DNA of 64,000 bases, taken from assembly GCA_000934665.2 (NCBI GenBank), contig JYFJ02000229.1, positions 62,001 to 126,000 on the forward strand. The letters are read 5' to 3'. Positions within the stretch are counted from its first letter, which is position 1. Every line of letters begins with the position of its first letter. Of this stretch, positions 39,031-52,893 are shown piece by piece. The notes below the pieces were generated by a model. The model made no database searches. It had not been told where the DNA came from and saw only the letters and a program-made list of their open reading frames with translations. Both the position numbers and the translations under genes were made by a program. Source of the DNA: Catajapyx aquilonaris. Taxonomy: Eukaryota.

Positions 39031-42000
39031 ATATCGTTAACTCCTCTGAGAACTTGACTGTAACGGAACTTGGTAAAGTGATTTTGGCACATTCGCGAAA
39101 ATCTTTGGAGAGGAGAGAGAGCTCGACTTCCGGAGGATTGGATCAAGTTTCTCCTGAATTCGGGGACGTGCCGAGTGCTACAGGAAGTTGGGGTTTTAGG
39201 GCAGGTTGCGAGTCAAGTCTCTCAGCCTGCTACTCCACTACAACAACCAGCAGCCCTCTGCTCTTTTTCCCTTATGGACTGTACAAATCCAGTAAACAGC
39301 TCTTCAAGACAACTTCACTAACCCGCTTTGGTTATATTTGTAACAAGGTTTGTTTTTCGTTTGCATTTACCATGCGGCTGTAGGGGGCCGCGGAATTGTT
39401 TTATTCATTTTTAAAGCATTTAACTGTATAGCGAAAGCTTGAAAAAACACTTATTCAAGCGTTACAAAATAAGATGATGTAATTGCCGCATATACACAAG
39501 GTAACTCAGAGGATGGCGCTACTTTTGCTGCGATTTCCGAAATTTATTCTAATAATATTACATAAATCACTATAAAACCCAAGCTTCCTATTTCAGATAC
39601 ACCGACTCCTAATGCGCACTGTGAGATCTGACCTCTCTAGCGCAATTCCTCTGATCCCACAGAGTCACTCAGAGTCGTGGTCGTGGTCCAATAATACACT
39701 TCTGTCTAACCACCTATTATTAGACCTATAGCCTCAGCCAAGGCTGCCTTACGACTCACTACAAACTTGCACACCTCCCCCCAGGTCCACACCCGACACC
39801 CCTCGCATCCCGCCATCTCTTATAAAAATTTCCAACTCTCAACAAACTCCATCTAGAGGGGTCTCACAGCACCTAAAGTATTCATGGTGTTAAAAGAGTG
39901 AAATATGTGGCAATATACGCGACTATGATAGCAGATATATGCACTATAATATTTCTCTTCTTTGGCAGCCTATTCGCATGGGTGGTCTCATTCTTTGCAC
40001 CCTGTGCATTTCATATGGATGCATCCATCCCAACCACAATGGCTCATCCTCTCCCTTGCATACAGTGCTATAAACCCCTGCAGCCTTCATTTCCGCTTTG
40101 ATTCACGTGTGTGCATTCATTCCTTTCAGGGCAGACGATCAGAATAGTTCACTACCGGACATTTCCATCTTGACGCGCGTAACAAGGAAATGAACTATAC
40201 ATATTCGAGAGAGACATTAAATACACTTTTACTGACAAAGGGTATATTGTACTGCAGTGTCTTCTGCCTAGAAATTCATCCGCAACACATCAAGGTTTTT
40301 TAAAATTTATACACGCCTAGATGGTTCAGAGTGTCTATAATATTTACGTGGTGGGTGGTCAGCGTGGGATAAACCAGAAATGCACCATCAAAGTGTTGGC
40401 TTATAGCTTGGGAACGACGCCAGACGGTGGGTAGTTTTAATTATTACACCCTGCCAAAAGTTCCACTCAGGTCACACTCTTTATATCTGCAAGTTCATGT
40501 CTCAGTGAGTATTCGCGAATGTTCCCAAAAAAATATGCCCATCCAGAGAGAGAGAGAGAGCAGTGTGTACTCTATAATTCAAGTGCTACTCTGTCTCAAT
40601 GTCTGTTTCGTTCCAAAGCTTCTCGGTCGCTTGGGGTCTTATACTAAAAGAAAGTATGGATGCGGGGTCACGTTCGTGGCAGTAATCTTCTTTTCGATTG
40701 CACAGCCTATCAAGTCAACTTGTCACAAGTTTTTTTTTCTGGAAACATTATTTGATAAATGTTGCAGCCACACAGTGTGCTCCATATTTCACGCATCAGA
40801 TGGCAGTGAGTGAACCAATGATTCACACGGGAGAAAAATAGTGTGAGACAAAAAAAAAAACAGGCCTTGTTTAAAGTCGTTTTTTTAGCTTCTCGGCTGC
40901 CCACGTTTCCAGCTGAACACTACAGTGATGTATCATGTACTGTTTCTAGCAATGCAATAAAAATCTACAGACCTATTGTAAGGCGTTACTTATTGCGTAC
41001 TATGAAGGGCTGTACGGTGCTGTGGTGGTCACAGCTCTTCCAAATTAGATAATACAGTACAAGTCCCAACTTTGCTCAACTTTAGAATTCTGAATTTTTA
41101 GTGCTTAAAAATAGTGACTTTGTGTTGCTGCTTGGAAGTTGTAAAATACTTTACAAGAATTGTGAATATCATTTCAAGGTTAGAGTGCGCTTATTTGTTA
41201 CACTCGGGAATTTCCCGTGGTGCATTTCATTAATTCCACAGCAGGATGTTTATAACGGTGCTTTAGAATTTCAATTTATGCTATTTAATTAAAAAGCATT
41301 TATGAAGAAGTGTTATTAAGAATTTTAAAGCGAGCTGAAACAGGATGCCAGCCTTCTGCAAGGGAATTTATGCCTGGAGCTTCTAGGAAATTAATTGGAA
41401 AAAAGAATAAAAGAAACTCGGGAGCTGTGTCAAGTGAAAACTTTATTAATTAGCTGCAGATTTAATGCGACCTCCAGACTTGTGACCTTGTGCTACACAA
41501 TTCAACCCATGTTTCTGCTACCTGCATACTTCCACAGTTCACCTAAAGCAATGCCCAAGTGTTGATCTTCATAGACTTAGCTAGGTAGATGGGTACTCAT
41601 ATCACCAGGTTTCATAGTATGCATATCATGTGCAGTGCACCAGAAAACGCCAACCCAATGGTACTTTTAACATAGTGTGCTCTTCACATCAGGTGATATT
41701 TACACAGAGAGTAAATAATTAAGCGATGTGTATATTGAAATGTGTGCGTGAGTAACGTACTAAAATGTTAGTTGGTGGTAGTGTGTGCTGTGTGGTACTG
41801 TAGGTGCAACCTGGTGTATGATATCCATCCATCTTGAAACATGCCACACAAGCACTTAACACGGACAAGGGTCATAGTATGTTTTTTCTAAGTGTGTATA
41901 CTTTAGAATATTTGAAAATTCCACTCTCCGGCTTAGTTCATCGACAATTTTTTCTGCTGCAAAAGATCTGCAGATATGTGAAAAAGAAGTTCTGTAAGAT

Positions 42001-43090
42001 AGCGTGGGTAGAAGAAAGTAAAGTAATTTCTCCGAATTCATTACCGTATCAATATATCAGCAAGTGCATACACCTTCCATTTAAACTGCATTACAGTTAT
42101 CGTCGACAGTTTCTTGATTTTATATTAGTAAAATTGAATAAAGATTGTAAATTAACGGTAAAGCAGTTATTTATATTCCCCTTAAAAGGGATATGAGAAA
42201 CTGCTGATTTTGATGGGCCTTTCAATATTAGAGTATAGTACATAAAGTTTTCAAATATCGCGATGACCATATATTTTAATGATGTATAGATTCCATGTCC
42301 AGAGACCATGTGTTTCATAAAAAATAGTTGAAATTTCGAGGACTTTTAAGATAGTTCTTCTGAGCCACCCAGAAAATATGAGACAGTATATTATACGAAG
42401 AATCGAATCATAGTCTACCCTATATTAGAAAAGGTGCAAATTAGCAGCATTCAATCCGTGAAATTGCCAGTGAAATCGATTAATTTGCGAATAGTCATAG
42501 TTTTAGTTGAATCTATATCTCGTCCCATCCGCACCAAAACCTTGATGACACAAGCACAGCAGGAGTATAGGCTACGACTAACAGAGATTTCCTATCTTTT
42601 TGGCTAACGCCCTTTCGCCTCGAATGCATTCACTAATCTGGGCTTGAACGCCAAAACCACCTGTTACAGAAGCTCTTTATCCTGCTGATGAAATGAAAAT
42701 GTAGCGCCGAATTTACATGGAAGAGCTGCCACGTTCCAATGACGGGTGCCCCATGCAAGAGAAACACCACACGTTCTGGCCTGCCGTATTCATATAAATA
42801 TGCCATGTTCTGTCATCAAAATTCATCTTAGGGCCGGTTGTATGAAAGCAAACTAGGGGAAATCTCATGTTATAGGTATTCACAATGAATACAAAATTTG
42901 CCTTCATACAACCAGCATTTCGTCTTTACTGTAAATGATAACCAATAGCATTGAAGCAAGAATGCTACTAATACGTTTTTTTACTGAAGCAATGCATTAT
43001 TTTTGGGCATATTACCTGTTTCTGTTCCTGACTTCTATGATCAAGGACCAGCCCACGGACACTACCCCTATCTTCTGGGCTTATCACCTA

Positions 43091-43340
43091 CCGAGAGATT
43101 ACGCACCGGGTGCTCCCTTGACACCGCCACGAGACATTTCCCAGAGCTATCATGTGGCGACCCTACCGGACTAAGGCTGAACTTTACAGGTACGAAGGGG
43201 AGGGCTACATTGCCAGCATGTAGCCCTCCCCTTCGTACAGTCTGTAAAGTTCAGCCTTAGTCCGGTAGGGTCGCCACATGATAGCTCTGGGAAATGTCTC
43301 GTGGCGGTGTCAAGGGAGCACCCGGTGCGTAATCCCTCGG
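43091..43340. repeat. Near-perfect 250-bp fold-back palindrome
   Basis: Arms 43091-43210 and 43218-43340 are reverse complements except for one substitution near the outer end and a 3-nt indel. The loop is 7 nt, TGCCAGC. Confidence 0.97.
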
Positions 43341-43509
43341 CAGGGGGTGGGTGGGGAGTGACCAGACCTTATCTTCTATGGCCGTGTCAAGGACGATGCG
43401 TTCTGAGCAGTCAAACAAAATTCAGCAGAACATAGTACTACGTACAACATATCTCATGCTCCACTCGCATCTTAATATTTTGACCCCTAGAATTTTGGTC
43501 GCTCTAGTA

Positions 43510-43774
43510 CAGTGCTTCCCAATCTTTATCGTTGGCGACCCCAGAAAATCGTCTAGTAAAATTCGCGACCCCCACTTCCAATTAAGCCCAACCTCCTTCA
43601 GTGGTAGACAATGATATTAATAATCGTTAAATTAACACGTATTCTCGTTTACGGGCATATTTTTCCAGAGAGATAGAATCATTTTGTAAAAATAATTTGT
43701 TATCCTCCCTCTCGACCCCAAATATAATGTTCGCGACCCAAAACGGGGTCGCGATCCACAGTTTGGAAGCACTA
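43510..43774. mobile_element. hAT (Charlie-like) MITE, ~265 bp
   Basis: TIR CAGTGCTTCCCAA...TTTGGAAGCACTA; internal repeated (G)CGACCC motifs and subterminal GGGGTCGCGA. The flank CTCTAGT (43502-43508) recurs at 43779-43785. Confidence 0.72.
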
Positions 43775-44381
43775 GCTTCTCTAGTTGTATTTATCATCGA
43801 CATCATGGCACAGGTACACTCATGCATTTGTCATAGAAAAAGCGAGTGACATTCCGGGCTGTCATTCAACAGTGGAAAGTGGTCCAATGCATGTTCGAGT
43901 TCATCATTTTCGTAGTCATTCACTGTAAAGGAAAATGCTGGGACCCACAGACTCCTAATAAAAATCGGTTGGTTCTGGGGGGCATGAGTATTGAAGGAGC
44001 TTAGAGAAAACATTTATTGCGATGATTTATCCTCATCCAAAGAATCCAATATGGAGCCTAGACGCCAGCCAACTCGGGCTTCACTACAGTGGTATGGCAA
44101 TAACCTGCCCACGAAATCCATTTGGTATGTGTCCCATTGCACGGCTTCTGGAGATTATTTCGTTTTCAGCAGCACTGGAAAACTCTGACTCGCGGGCTAA
44201 GCGCTGATATTGAAAGTCACACAAAAAAACTAAAACCTGGGTGGGTGTATGTGCTCTGCATGAATATTTCCATACTCGTCTAGAACAATGAAAGTGGTTT
44301 TATTCAAATCAGGCAGCGGTTGTCAGGCCATATTCGCCTCATCAACTGCCATATGCGAGCACACGTCCATGAACAAAGCAC

Positions 44382-44439
<58 letters not shown>
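44382..44439. repeat. (AAT)n microsatellite
   Basis: About 19 perfect units. Confidence 0.97.
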
Positions 44440-44442
<3 letters not shown>

Positions 44443-47400
44443 CATTACCTAAAGGACGCTTTAAAATAGTAAAATTTGGCTATAACGTCAGCAGAAAACA
44501 ATTCATTACAAAACGTTTGCTTGGTCTCATTGGCGGATTTTAATTGTAGTGTTGTCACAACAGGCTCCTTCCTATTTAGACAGGTTTTACTATTCCTATG
44601 CCAAGCTCAGTGAACTATCTATATGTCTGCAAGCAATGCGAGCGTGCTGGTTGTTGGCCTGAACCCATAATCACACTAAAAAGGACATTTGGGAGTGCTA
44701 TATGTGAGCTTTCTGCAGCACTGCGTTTTCCAACAATGTTCTTGTTTGTCGCAAACAAGTAAGCCAATCGAAATCTATCTTCTACAATATACGGTAAAAG
44801 TGCACCGAGTCCATATAACACGTGCTTGGCACTCCTAACATGGGTATGGAAATTATGGAACATGCAGCACTGCAGGAGCAGTTACGTAAACATAAACCTT
44901 CTGGAAATCACGAGTCTCTTTTGAAGTGGCCATAAAGAGAGTTATTGCCCCCCATAATTTTTGTTTGATATGCACTGGGCCTCGTTGTGTGGGCAAAACG
45001 GGGGTCCGACTACCCTGGATCAAGTGCGCATTCTGAAAAAAATATATATATAGGCTATATACGGATTCCAAAACCTCGGATTTTTCCTCCCCTCTTTATC
45101 TGAATCTCCTTTATCTTGAGCGCACCATCATCTGGCACGCTCAACTTGCTGAAACTTTGAGAGGTGGTAGTGGATGTGGACGAATCCCTGTCTCCCTTCC
45201 CCTCCCACATCCACTCCCCATCTCCCCTTCTAGGTTCAGATAAAGAGGAAATTTTTTGGGCAGCGACGTAGGGTGAATCCGGGAATGCCTCAGTCATCTG
45301 GATTGTATTCCGGGAGCTCGTCCTTGTCCGCGCTCTTGGGGCCTCCGGGAACAGCTGGCCCGACATCACCCATTCATCCCACGCACAGCTTCCATTCCTC
45401 CCCATCCCCTCCTTCCCCTTCCTTCCCCCCCCCCTCTTTTTCTCCTTTTGCTTCTTGACCGCCCTCTTCTTTCACCCACCAGCAAACTCTCCTAACCGAC
45501 TTTCAATTGCCACCGCTTTTCATCTATCGCGCTGCTATTGTCCACTCAACACATGCCGCTTGGGGACCGCTATCGGCAGTTACCTCGTCATTCCACAACT
45601 GAAATCCAATCCCATCTTTTTTTAACAGAGGCTGACCTGCATTAGAACGCGTATTTTCTGGAGTTTTGAGCGAGATATTGGAAGAAGAAGGAGAAAAATG
45701 GTCGGTCCAGTGAGTAGATAATCAACTGGGGCTGGGGGAGAGTATGTGCGCGATTTATAATTAACTTGGAAAGTATTTTTTGGGAAGTTTTCATTACGGG
45801 AACGGCTGCAGGGATTCGTGGAATAAAATATAGGCAATGTGAGTATTTTAAATTATTTACAGCTATTGTGTTTTCTGCTGAATTATTCAGAGTATACTGT
45901 ACTATATACATGGTTCTTACTGTAGCGTCATGAAAGTTTGATGTATGTTGTCATTCTTTATTGAAAAGGCAGGTCCCACCCATCGCCTTACCAGAATGCC
46001 ACCCATTCCGGATGAGTACCGTATTGACAAACTCTATACTGTACTTTGCTACAGAGCACCTAGTTTTAATTTTAAATTTGATTGGTAGGACCGTCGTGTA
46101 TGAGAAACGTTAGCGGACATACTGAGGTATTATGTATTATTCGTATATTGTCGCTAACATGCGTAGACTTCTCTCTATGTGTGAGATTCTATTTCCGGTA
46201 TTTATAAAAGCGATGGATACACAAACGTTTACTCAGCGTCCATCGAAAGAAGAGGAGAAGGTGTATACTCACTTATTATTCCCAACCTCCTCATACAGTA
46301 GGTGCAACTTTGCATATTGCAGCTTGTCTTGCTGACTGTTGAATATAAAGGTGAATGTAGAGTAAGTTTATAATTACCTACAGAACATGCAATACATTAA
46401 GCTTCTCCTCTAGCTTTAATTTGGCGCGAGATAGTACTCGTAGGGAAGGAGTAGGGTACTCCTCATAGTTAGGATTTGCTGATTAATTTGTAGGGTTTTT
46501 CATTAATCACACGCCTACAGTAAAGGAGAAGACTCATAGTTCCATCACTTAAGCAGGGTTCAAGCTCATAAGATCATTTCTGAATCCCACTTTCCCACTC
46601 CAACCCAAGCGTTATTACTTGGAGCGATAAGAGGCTTGCACACACAAGGAGTTAATATTATACCGTAACTACTTGCTCATGAAAATATTCTCAGGCACCT
46701 TCACCAGCGCCTTATCATCTTACGTTATCGCGTTTGGGTTGAGGTAACGGTGGACCTTATGCGATATAACGCTCAGATGATGTCACACACTAGTGAAACA
46801 ATAATTGATTGATTGATTGATTTTACTCTGCCCACACTTCAGTCATTGCTCAAGTAGGCTAAGCATAATATCTTGTCACTGCTGTAAATGTACTTCGCAC
46901 CAGCACCCTCTTTGAAGCTATACCGGTAATTCCACGTAGACGTTACACCCGACCAATACAGAATTACGAAATGTACGACAATTTATGGCCGTTCATTATC
47001 TTGCGTCATCATAAGTGCCTGTGTCTGTCACATACACTCGAACTGTACTTCAGCGGGAAGTAGTAGAGGCTCTATATGCCATGATTTAATGTAATCAACA
47101 AATGAGGCTGCTTCGAGAGCTTAACCCATCAGAGCAGACTGGGCTGCAACCAGAGGCTAGCACATTGGTGTATTTCAACCCCCCTAAATGAATGAGACCC
47201 AACCCCTCTCAATGAACAAAACTTTCACCCCAATAATATTGAAACAGCACTTGCACCGAGCCAAAGTGTTTTGCCACATATTATAGCCTAACAATAGACG
47301 GTATATAATGTCACACGTCGTTGACGCTGAGTTTCAAAGCAATTAATATTCCATTCTGTCATGTAAAAGACGCCCTCAGCATGTCATTCTATTCGCAAAC

Positions 47401-49061
47401 AAGAACCGGGCTAGCAGTTTCTGACAATAGTGCAAGCCCTAGCAGTACTAAGTAATTAAAATCCAAAGTTGGGAGATTTGAGCATTACGATGCATAGACA
47501 AGTTAAGGAACAAATTTATGCAGTGGTTGGACGTTATTAGTTTGTCTTTGTTGTAGATGATTGGCGCAAGGGCAGGGGCTTACGACTAATTAGCGGTGGG
47601 GCGCTACTTCGCTGACAGGTCGGGATCGACTTGACGCTTTACCCGCGACATCCACATCCCCTGCCGCAAACCGCCAATCACAATCGCACATTTCCTATTC
47701 GCTAACCAATCAGAGTATATTTTAATGGCAAGATTAGTTGCTCCTTTCTTCCGGAGGGTATTGAAAAATTGACCGCTCTTGAACATACGTAACATAATTT
47801 GAGGTAAATATAGGAAAAAATGTGACCGCACTTCTATGATATTAATCTGCAGAGAGAAGCTTTTCTCACCGCTATGGATTACACGCTAGGAGTCAAGCTT
47901 ATGGCAAAAATCATTTAATCCATATAGTGGTGAGCATGGAGCCTTAATTAAAAATGGTGGTTTGGACAACAGCGCCAAATTTTTCAACAATGGCCGCTTG
48001 TTTGAAAGCCGTGGCTTTATTATGCGTAGGAAACTTGAGCCATCTCTGCACTGTTACATGAATGTTTTTGTTAGTATATGCTACATTTATATCCGTGCCA
48101 TTAATAGCATCGGGTAGGGAAATCTGAATAAGCTGCTTTGATCAATCACACAGCTAATAATAATAAAAAAGAGCCAACCTTTTTCACTCTGGCAAGTTTG
48201 GGGAGGCTGGAATGTGGAGGCAATCGCTTCGAACAATGGTTAGGATCGTGTAGTTCATTTACTTTGGGAATGAATCTCAAGTTACCCCCTGAGTCAGGCA
48301 TTTGTGCCAGGAGCTGAATCCCGGATATTATACGTATTGGCTGCATCAAGAGAAATCCGGCTTTTGGATCACAAAACGCAATTCCCTTCCCCTTGAGCGG
48401 GCGCAGACTGTAAAATCCTATCCTGCGTCACGGATGAGGAAGCAATATGAAAGCGGAGATAACCTGTGGCCACCGGTTGGAATGTGCGCCGGATTCTCCT
48501 CCTCCCTGCCACCCACCCCGCCAGATGATTTGCAATCCCGCGCCCGGCTTTGTTGCAGCCTCTTTTCAAAATGTTGCCCACAGCCCAAATATTTCTCTGC
48601 TCTGGACTTCCTCTCCCTCCCCGTTTCTACAAACATCTATCTGCAGGGAGCATTTTGTTGAAAAAAAAATCAGTGGCCATTCCACCGAGAGTAACCGCCA
48701 AATGCCTTGCTCGTGTTAGCATTCTTGTGTTCCATGTCTATAATCAAGAGGATATAGGCTTGGATGTGGTGCGAAAACATCATGGACTGAGTGGGCTAGG
48801 GGATGAAAAGTGGGGGTGAATTAAATTTAATTAGAGAGGGATTGGAATATATGGTAATTAGATGCAATTTAATACATAAAATTTAAAATTCATGCAAGGG
48901 GATTACACTCATACGTAGGCAAATATGTAGTCATACATACATATTTAGCTCGAGCCAATTTTCGCAAATGATTATGAAATGGTGCAGGTTTTTAAAAACA
49001 AAACTTCATAATTAAGAAAATAAAATAAATTCGCTAATGATAAACCGGTGTGTTAAGTTAC

Positions 49062-49119
49062 TATATCCTCCTGAGACCTGATGTCCAATATATTGGACAT
49101 CAGGTCTCAGGAGGATATA
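49062..49119. repeat. Perfect 58-bp palindrome with no spacer
   Basis: TATATCCTCCTGAGACCTGATGTCCAATA|TATTGGACATCAGGTCTCAGGAGGATATA, 29+29 bp exact reverse complements. Confidence 0.98.
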
Positions 49120-52100
49120 AAAATATTTTTATGCGCAACAAATATTGGGAAATGACTAACAAAAAATGTGTAGTAGAGCTAATTTTTCCGCAATTTTTGA
49201 AAAAGAAAAAAAAGTTCCCGAATATCAACTAACATAATTATAAACTCTCGGTTTTTTGTAACTCAATATTTGTTTTGGCAACATTGCTGTTTGTAATAAT
49301 ATATTGTTAGCCAGACCACCGTAGCGAGATTGTAAATAAGTCCAGAAAATTCGGTCTTGCAAAAATTCTTAAAGACTGGGAGGAAAGGTCTTGACGTATT
49401 TTGTTTCACAGGCTAGGAATGAAAACATCCGGCCTTAATATCAACATCAAATATTTACCAGTATACATACTACATCACCCGCAAAATCTTAAGAAAATAT
49501 TCTTGTTGTGTTTGCCACCCAGACTCTCATCTGGCAGGCATAGGATCGATACGATTCTAAGGGGTGTTGTGTCACCCTCTGTATACAGTCATGTCGAGCA
49601 CTATGCTGTACAAATGTCTTTTTCTTCTTTCCCCAGCCTTAATGACAAGTCGTGCCCTGTAGGAAGCCCATTGTCAGAAGAATCCAGTGGGAAGTGCAAA
49701 ATTTGTCCCAGTCACAACAAAACAGGGAAGTAAATAAGAAACCCGCGACTATCCCGACGAGCAAATGGTGCTGGCAGACAGGAACAGATGACACGCTATA
49801 AATGAGAAATCCCCACCGAGATGGTGAGAAAAGAAGGCACCGTTGACAAGATTGAGCATTGATGAAGACACATTTGCAGGGGTTCATAATTATACCGCAC
49901 TGCTCCTAAGTGTTGGCACAATGCCGTTCCCAAGTGTTGACGAGACTTGTGCCAACCCACTGAAAAAAAAAGAATGTCCCTCTTTCTGAATGACTCAGAC
50001 TTTGAAACACCTGCAGACAAACACGACACATGTCCTACAACCTGCTCTCTTACTTTTGCCCAGCCCAAAAACCTGGCAGAAGGAACCTAAGCACGTGCTT
50101 TTCCGCAGTCTGAATTAACTCATTAATGAGTCTCTGGCCCAACTTGACAAGGTTGCGGTTTGCTATAAATGAAGTAGCACGTGAGCATCGATGAGTCCAA
50201 TCCTGGGAAGGTCATAGGACTCCTAACTGGCACGGTACCTAGCACTAGTGCATCTCCAGCATTCGAACATGGATATGGTTTCCGAGTGAAAAATTCGACA
50301 AAATTTTAAAATTTTGCACTGTACATTTTTCCATCCCTATATACCTCCTCCTCCCCCCCCTCCATAGTCCACAGCACTACCCTTTTCAGGCTTTTGTCAT
50401 TTCACATTACTAGCTTTTCCACTTCCTGCGTGGGTCTGATGGCATGGCCCAGTTCCAAAAGTTTTGCGCCTCTTCAAATAAATTATGCTTAGTCAGATAT
50501 AAAAGAGACAGTTCATTCGCCCCCCTCCCTGCTTCATTAGTCGAATTTCAGGAACACTATTGACATTCAGTACATGAGCGTTAATCTCTTCCAGCTTCGA
50601 CTCCAAAAAGGAGCAGAAATGGATTCGTCCGAAATGGTTTTCAGCTAAATGACAACTCTGGATGAGACACTTTCCGTACTTACACTGCACTCATTTAGTC
50701 CAGAACCTGGAAAAGTTGATGTTTGCGTCAGATACAAAGACCTGAGTCGACAAGTTTGGGAGTCTACAAATACTATGAATAAGTCCTCAAAATGCGCTTT
50801 TAAATATGTAAAGTTCTAGCAACAGTACCCTATAGAGTTTAAAATGCGACGGAATAATTTTAACGCCCATATTGAAGCAAAAAACGCGATATTAGTTCCG
50901 TCACGTTTTGCACGCCTAGTGTGACCGAAAGCAGCAGTGCAAAAACATGTCTCAATATTTCTTAAAAATAGTTCGAAAGTTTGGCTCAGAGCACAGCATA
51001 TGAGTCTGTATTTATCCGCAAGCGTCAAGCCGTTTCGAGGGAGTCGAACGAATTAGAGTATACAATACCAGGAATCATAGATAAGGGTGGAAACTTTCAT
51101 TCTATATTCCCCCGGTAGGTGTTTCTGAACAGAGAAGATTAATTAATGAACTTCCGCGCTGGGAATATTGTCAAGGCGAGAACAGGAGCAAAGGTTATGG
51201 AGATGAACTTGTTACTGTGTGCACAAGGTGGCATAATAGAACCTTATTACCTTCAGATTGGAGGAGAAGCTGGTGGTGGTGAGGGATTTCGGTGTATGCC
51301 CTGCAGGATTTCTGCCAACCAGCCAATCCACACCAACTTACGCAGTACTTTTGACTCACTCGGTTCAGGGTTCTCCGAGATAAGACGCGCTGGGGCCATA
51401 AGTAACACAGCAGCAGGATCTCCCACCAAGCTCCAGCCAGCCAGCATCGACTTCAGGGATTCCCGCCAAACAGACACATATACACACAAGGAGAGGGAGA
51501 AGGAGAAATTACTCGCCTCTTAAATCAGGAGACTGGGAGAGGAGGGGGGCCAAAGAAGCAGGGAGAAAAAAATAACACAGAAATGAAATAAAAAGAAGAG
51601 AAAACTGCAAGTAATGGTAGTGCCGTGATTTTGTTATTGGTGGAAGAGCTCTCCATTCCATCATCTGTGGGAGCACATAGGGGGAGAAAAAGCCCGGCAA
51701 AATCCATTTCGCGCATTTCTCTTTTCTAGTTGGGGGGAGGGTCTGAAGAGACGGGATGAGATACTGCAACCTCAGGAACGAGAAACGAATAGAAGAATCC
51801 TTAGTCTTGGAATCACCACATTCTATATTTAGTCTCTTGGACGTGTACAGTAGCAAGGCTTCTTATTCCAAATTAAAACTCGTATATTCGTGTTACGGTA
51901 TAGCACCATGGTATCAAAAAGTTAGACAAGGTTCCGGAATAGGAATTTTATGAAAAAGCGTTTAGATAATGTGTATTTTCATAATTTATACCTAGAAAGA
52001 CATAATAGAAGACTAATACAATCATGTGTATAATATAAGTCCCAACCATCTACCTGAATATCTGCTATACATACACGTATGCTACAATATAATATTGCAC

Positions 52101-52240
52101 GTGGTGTTGGCTTACCAAAAGTGGTATAAGTACTTTCTTGATTGCTTGACATTCCAAAGATTTTAAAACATAAAAATCATTGACTGTAAAAATGAATTTA
52201 AAATGACAACTACATCTACTGATACGTACTATACAGTATA

Positions 52241-52893
52241 CAGGGTGTAACAAGACCCAATGCATAAATTTTAAAGGTGGGTAGGGGACCCCAAAACAAA
52301 CATTTTTGACCAATGAACCCACCCTCTTAAAAAATCAGCAAATTTACTGAAATTGTTAACTGGTTAGTACCTGTAGTAACAGTTATGTGGTTGATGCTAC
52401 TCAACAGGAGCGTTGTCATGGTATAGTGTTGACAATTTAGTACAGTACTGTAAAAAGTCATCACCACCACAAATCAATGAAAGCTGGCATGAAACTCACC
52501 ACCACCTTTATTGCACCCAACACAAAACTGTAATCAAAGGAGATGCTAAAAGTGTCGTCCAGCCACTTGTACACACAGCCTACAACGACGCACAAGAGAT
52601 TCCCGAGTTGATTGGAACAACACTGAATTGTTTATTTTCCAGACTTTTACTTGTTGTGTTGTACCAGACAATTACTTGTCGACACTACCATGACAACGCT
52701 ACCATAGAGTAGCAGCAAACCACATAACTGTTACCGTACCACAGGTACTAACAAGTTATCAATTTCAGTAAATTTGATGATTTTTTAGAGGGTGGGTGAT
52801 TTTTTTAGAGGGTGGGTTCATTGGTCAAAAATGTTTGTTTTGGGGTCCCCTACCCACCTTTAAAATTTATGCATGGGGTCTTGTTACACCCTG
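52241..52893 (-). mobile_element. Non-autonomous Tc1/mariner element (653 bp) with ~195-bp TIRs
   Basis: TA|CAGGGTGTAACAAGACCC...GGGTCTTGTTACACCCTG|TA. Inverted homology runs ~52241-52436 vs ~52676-52893. An internal transposase remnant gives the orientation. Confidence 0.93.
52534..52635 (-). pseudogene. C-terminal remnant of a Tc1/mariner transposase
   Basis: Manual translation: INNSVLFQSTRESLVRRCRLCVQVAGRHF*HLL*. This matches the recalled terminus R.S..RR...C....GRHFEHLL*, with the E codon mutated to a stop. Confidence 0.8.

Noticed and set aside
39590..39870. Strand-biased segment resembling a LINE 3' region
   Set aside because: No diagnostic motif, tail or TSD identified.
44315..44381. 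GHIRLINCHMRAH before (AAT)n as an RTE C2H2 tail
   Set aside because: Cys pair and spacing are not conserved, and no TSD found.
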